Shown here: positions 62,120 through 64,000 of the stretch, piece after piece | How the letters are laid out: each line of letters begins with the position of its first letter | Position numbering within the stretch: the stretch's first letter is position 1 | Assembly: GCA_001949185.1 (NCBI GenBank) | Contig: BDGG01000005.1 | Span: 1-64,000, forward strand | Source: Ramazzottius varieornatus | Taxonomy: Eukaryota > Animalia > Tardigrada | Length of the DNA stretch: 64,000 nucleotides | Reading direction: 5' to 3' | Program-made: the position numbers and the translations under genes | The notes under the pieces: generated by a model | What the model was told of the DNA's origin: nothing | Seen by the model: only the letters and a program-made list of their open reading frames with translations | Database searches by the model: none

Positions 62120-64000
62120 ATGCCATCATCCAAATCGATAGCAGCCAAAGATCTTCTAGATTTAGCTATCAGTTCTGCAGAGCCCGGAATTGTTAACTTC
62201 AACGTTGTGCGAAAGATATTGGACATATTATTGCGCGAAGCCAATTTATTTGAGAAACCCATCGACCTTGCCGATCCTGCTGCCCTCTTAGCAAAACCCA
62301 ATCCCCAGCCCAGTCCGCCATTACTTGCACCATCTGGTCTCGCCGAGCGTATCAGCAAGCTCGAAAATGCCGTGCAGAATATCGTCAGTCTTCCCACTAA
62401 CCAGCAGATCCTGGAGGCAGCCGAGGCTGCGGCAAAGGGACAGAACTCGATACAGCGACACTCGGTGGCGGAGAGGTATAACGCAATGCTCATAAATGGC
62501 AAAATGGAAACACTGGAAAGTACAGTGGCCAAAGTGGCCTCCTTAGTTGACGATATTCTCGACAAGGAAACAAAAATGACACAGACAGCACGAGAGATGG
62601 GAACCCATGTCACAGATCTGGAGTACAAGTTAAAGCAGCTCGGTACACCGGACGTAGCCGAAGGTAAGCTGGCTACTTGGGAGGGACTCTACCAAGCTGT
62701 TGAAGGCGCAGCCGACAAAGCTCTGGAGAAGATGCAGTCAAAAACTAACATAGTTATCGTGACGGACGAAGTGAAGAAAAAATCCCAAGGAGCCAATACA
62801 GACCACAGTCCATCGCGTCAGGACGTAAGTAAGAAGAAGCGAAAGTCCGAAGCCAAACAAGGAGCTTCGGAGAAAGTACCTCGGCCCACCACACCAGAAC
62901 CTGCAACTCCTCCTTCTGCCCCGCTTGACGAGATTAGACCTGTAAGAAGCACCGTTTCCGTAACAGTCACTCGCCCATCAGACACACCTGGCATCCCAGC
63001 GTCTTTAACCGAGGAAGCTCCCTCATCGGCAGAAGCTTCCGCAGCATCCACAGCACCAACAACACCTGCGACACCACCAACCGCAGCAGTAGCGACACCT
63101 ACAGCTGCAGCACAGCCGATTACTTCACCGTCGACACCAAGAACCTCTACGCCTAACGGTACTTCACCTGCCCCGAGCCCAGCAAGGCCATCTTCGGCTG
63201 CTCCTCCTTCTCCCACTGGCGCACAGCCCACACCGGCGGTACCAGCAGGGCCCGCGCCAACTGATCCCACAAAGATTCCGGCAAAAGATAACCAAGACCA
63301 GCCGAAAACTTCAGTAGCGAAAACGAAGGAGAGAAAAACAGAAAAGAAGGCCAAACTAAAGGTGGCTCCGTTGAGTGCAGATCGGCCGCGGTCTCCTGGT
63401 TCAAGCGAGTCGGGTGAACTAATGCCCGTGGATTCTCAACAATCGCTAACGCCCGTTCTGCGAGATATGCGCCAAGGTGTCGACAAGATCAAAGACCTCG
63501 AAGCCTTGGTGGACACCAAAGCGGACAAGAAGGACATGAAAGACGCATTGGGACGGATAGACCAGCTCAGCTCCGACTTGATCACTTTCTCTAAGCGGAC
63601 AGAAGATTTATTTACAGAGCTTCGTACACTAAGAACAGATCACGAGACACTTACCAAGGCTTTCGACGATTACGCCGCTTCTCGTCGTCACACTATCCGA
63701 CGTTCGACCGGTAGTAGTTTCACCGGAAGTGGCATTGGGGTTGCCGGAAGCCGTGCTGGAGGAATGGGTAGTCTGGCTGGACAAGGTGGACAGGGTGGTG
63801 GACAGGGTGGTGGACAGGGTGGTGGACATGGTGGTGCTCAGGGATCCCTATCCAGCACTGATCAAAATATGGATTCGCGAAGAAGTCAAGGCTGCACGGC
63901 GTTTGGGTCAGCTATCCCAGGTGGCGCCCCCAAGCATAACCACACTGATGGACGTGACGGTAACTGTCCAGTTGGCGCCCCGTTAGAGCCTGTTGACCAT
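62120..64000 (+). CDS. QRICH2/C16orf96 (DUF4795)-like protein, runs off the window end
   Basis: Open frame of 627 codons, absent from the ORF track because it has no stop in the window. N-terminus DLLDLAISSAEPGIVNFNVVRKILD and ERISKLE...SLPTNQQILE resemble the QRICH2-family N-terminus. Pro/Thr/Ala-rich linker, KADK coiled-coil motif, GQGG repeats. Confidence 0.7.
   Translation, partial: MPSSKSIAAKDLLDLAISSAEPGIVNFNVVRKILDILLREANLFEKPIDLADPAALLAKPNPQPSPPLLAPSGLAERISKLENAVQNIVSLPTNQQILEAAEAAAKGQNSIQRHSVAERYNAMLINGKMETLESTVAKVASLVDDILDKETKMTQTAREMGTHVTDLEYKLKQLGTPDVAEGKLATWEGLYQAVEGAADKALEKMQSKTNIVIVTDEVKKKSQGANTDHSPSRQDVSKKKRKSEAKQGASEKVPRPTTPEPATPPSAPLDEIRPVRSTVSVTVTRPSDTPGIPASLTEEAPSSAEASAASTAPTTPATPPTAAVATPTAAAQPITSPSTPRTSTPNGTSPAPSPARPSSAAPPSPTGAQPTPAVPAGPAPTDPTKIPAKDNQDQPKTSVAKTKERKTEKKAKLKVAPLSADRPRSPGSSESGELMPVDSQQSLTPVLRDMRQGVDKIKDLEALVDTKADKKDMKDALGRIDQLSSDLITFSKRTEDLFTELRTLRTDHETLTKAFDDYAASRRHTIRRSTGSSFTGSGIGVAGSRAGGMGSLAGQGGQGGGQGGGQGGGHGGAQGSLSSTDQNMDSRRSQGCTAFGSAIPGGAPKHNHTDGRDGNCPVGAPLEPVDH
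63779..63835 (+). repeat. 12-bp coding tandem repeat (GGACAGGGTGGT)n encoding GQGG
   Basis: About 4.5 units directly visible. Confidence 0.85.

Noticed and set aside
62113-63354. Minus-strand ORFs 62113-62628 and 62818-63354
   Set aside because: Antisense shadows of the plus-strand QRICH2-like frame.

Overview
Gene-dense eukaryotic DNA (GC roughly 45-50% by eye) with many short GT-AG introns. It looks like a compact invertebrate genome; a tardigrade such as Ramazzottius is my guess from composition and intron size, and the sequence does not prove it. I reconstructed 14 host protein-coding genes by hand: a short Sevenless/ROS1-type receptor tyrosine kinase, HAUS4, a GNAT acyltransferase, an SLC35F transporter, an acyl-CoA dehydrogenase, UGGT, RPS15, RPE, a TRH-receptor-type GPCR, XPF/ERCC4, CCT7, a heparan sulfate 3-O-sulfotransferase, a lysosomal-type acid phosphatase and a 3'-truncated QRICH2/DUF4795-like gene. 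There is also an apparently intact, young Tc4/Tc5-type DNA transposon (231-bp TIRs, TCA target duplication, spliced DD37D transposase). The non-coding DNA holds the most interesting signals: (i) about 15 copies of a ~120-bp palindromic element, mostly intronic, highly diverged but with a CAAGTGGCGCA/TGCGCCACTTG dyad at a mostly fixed 27-nt spacing; (ii) a second intronic dyad family, CACCTGCATAC-N~30-GTATGCAGGTG; (iii) several TA-flanked MITEs, one carrying an HTH transposase relic; (iv) a candidate H/ACA snoRNA in an RPS15 intron; (v) a 24-nt micro-exon carrying part of the GPCR ERY motif; (vi) an apparent GT-AT intron in the acyl-CoA dehydrogenase gene. Exon boundaries are manual and approximate.
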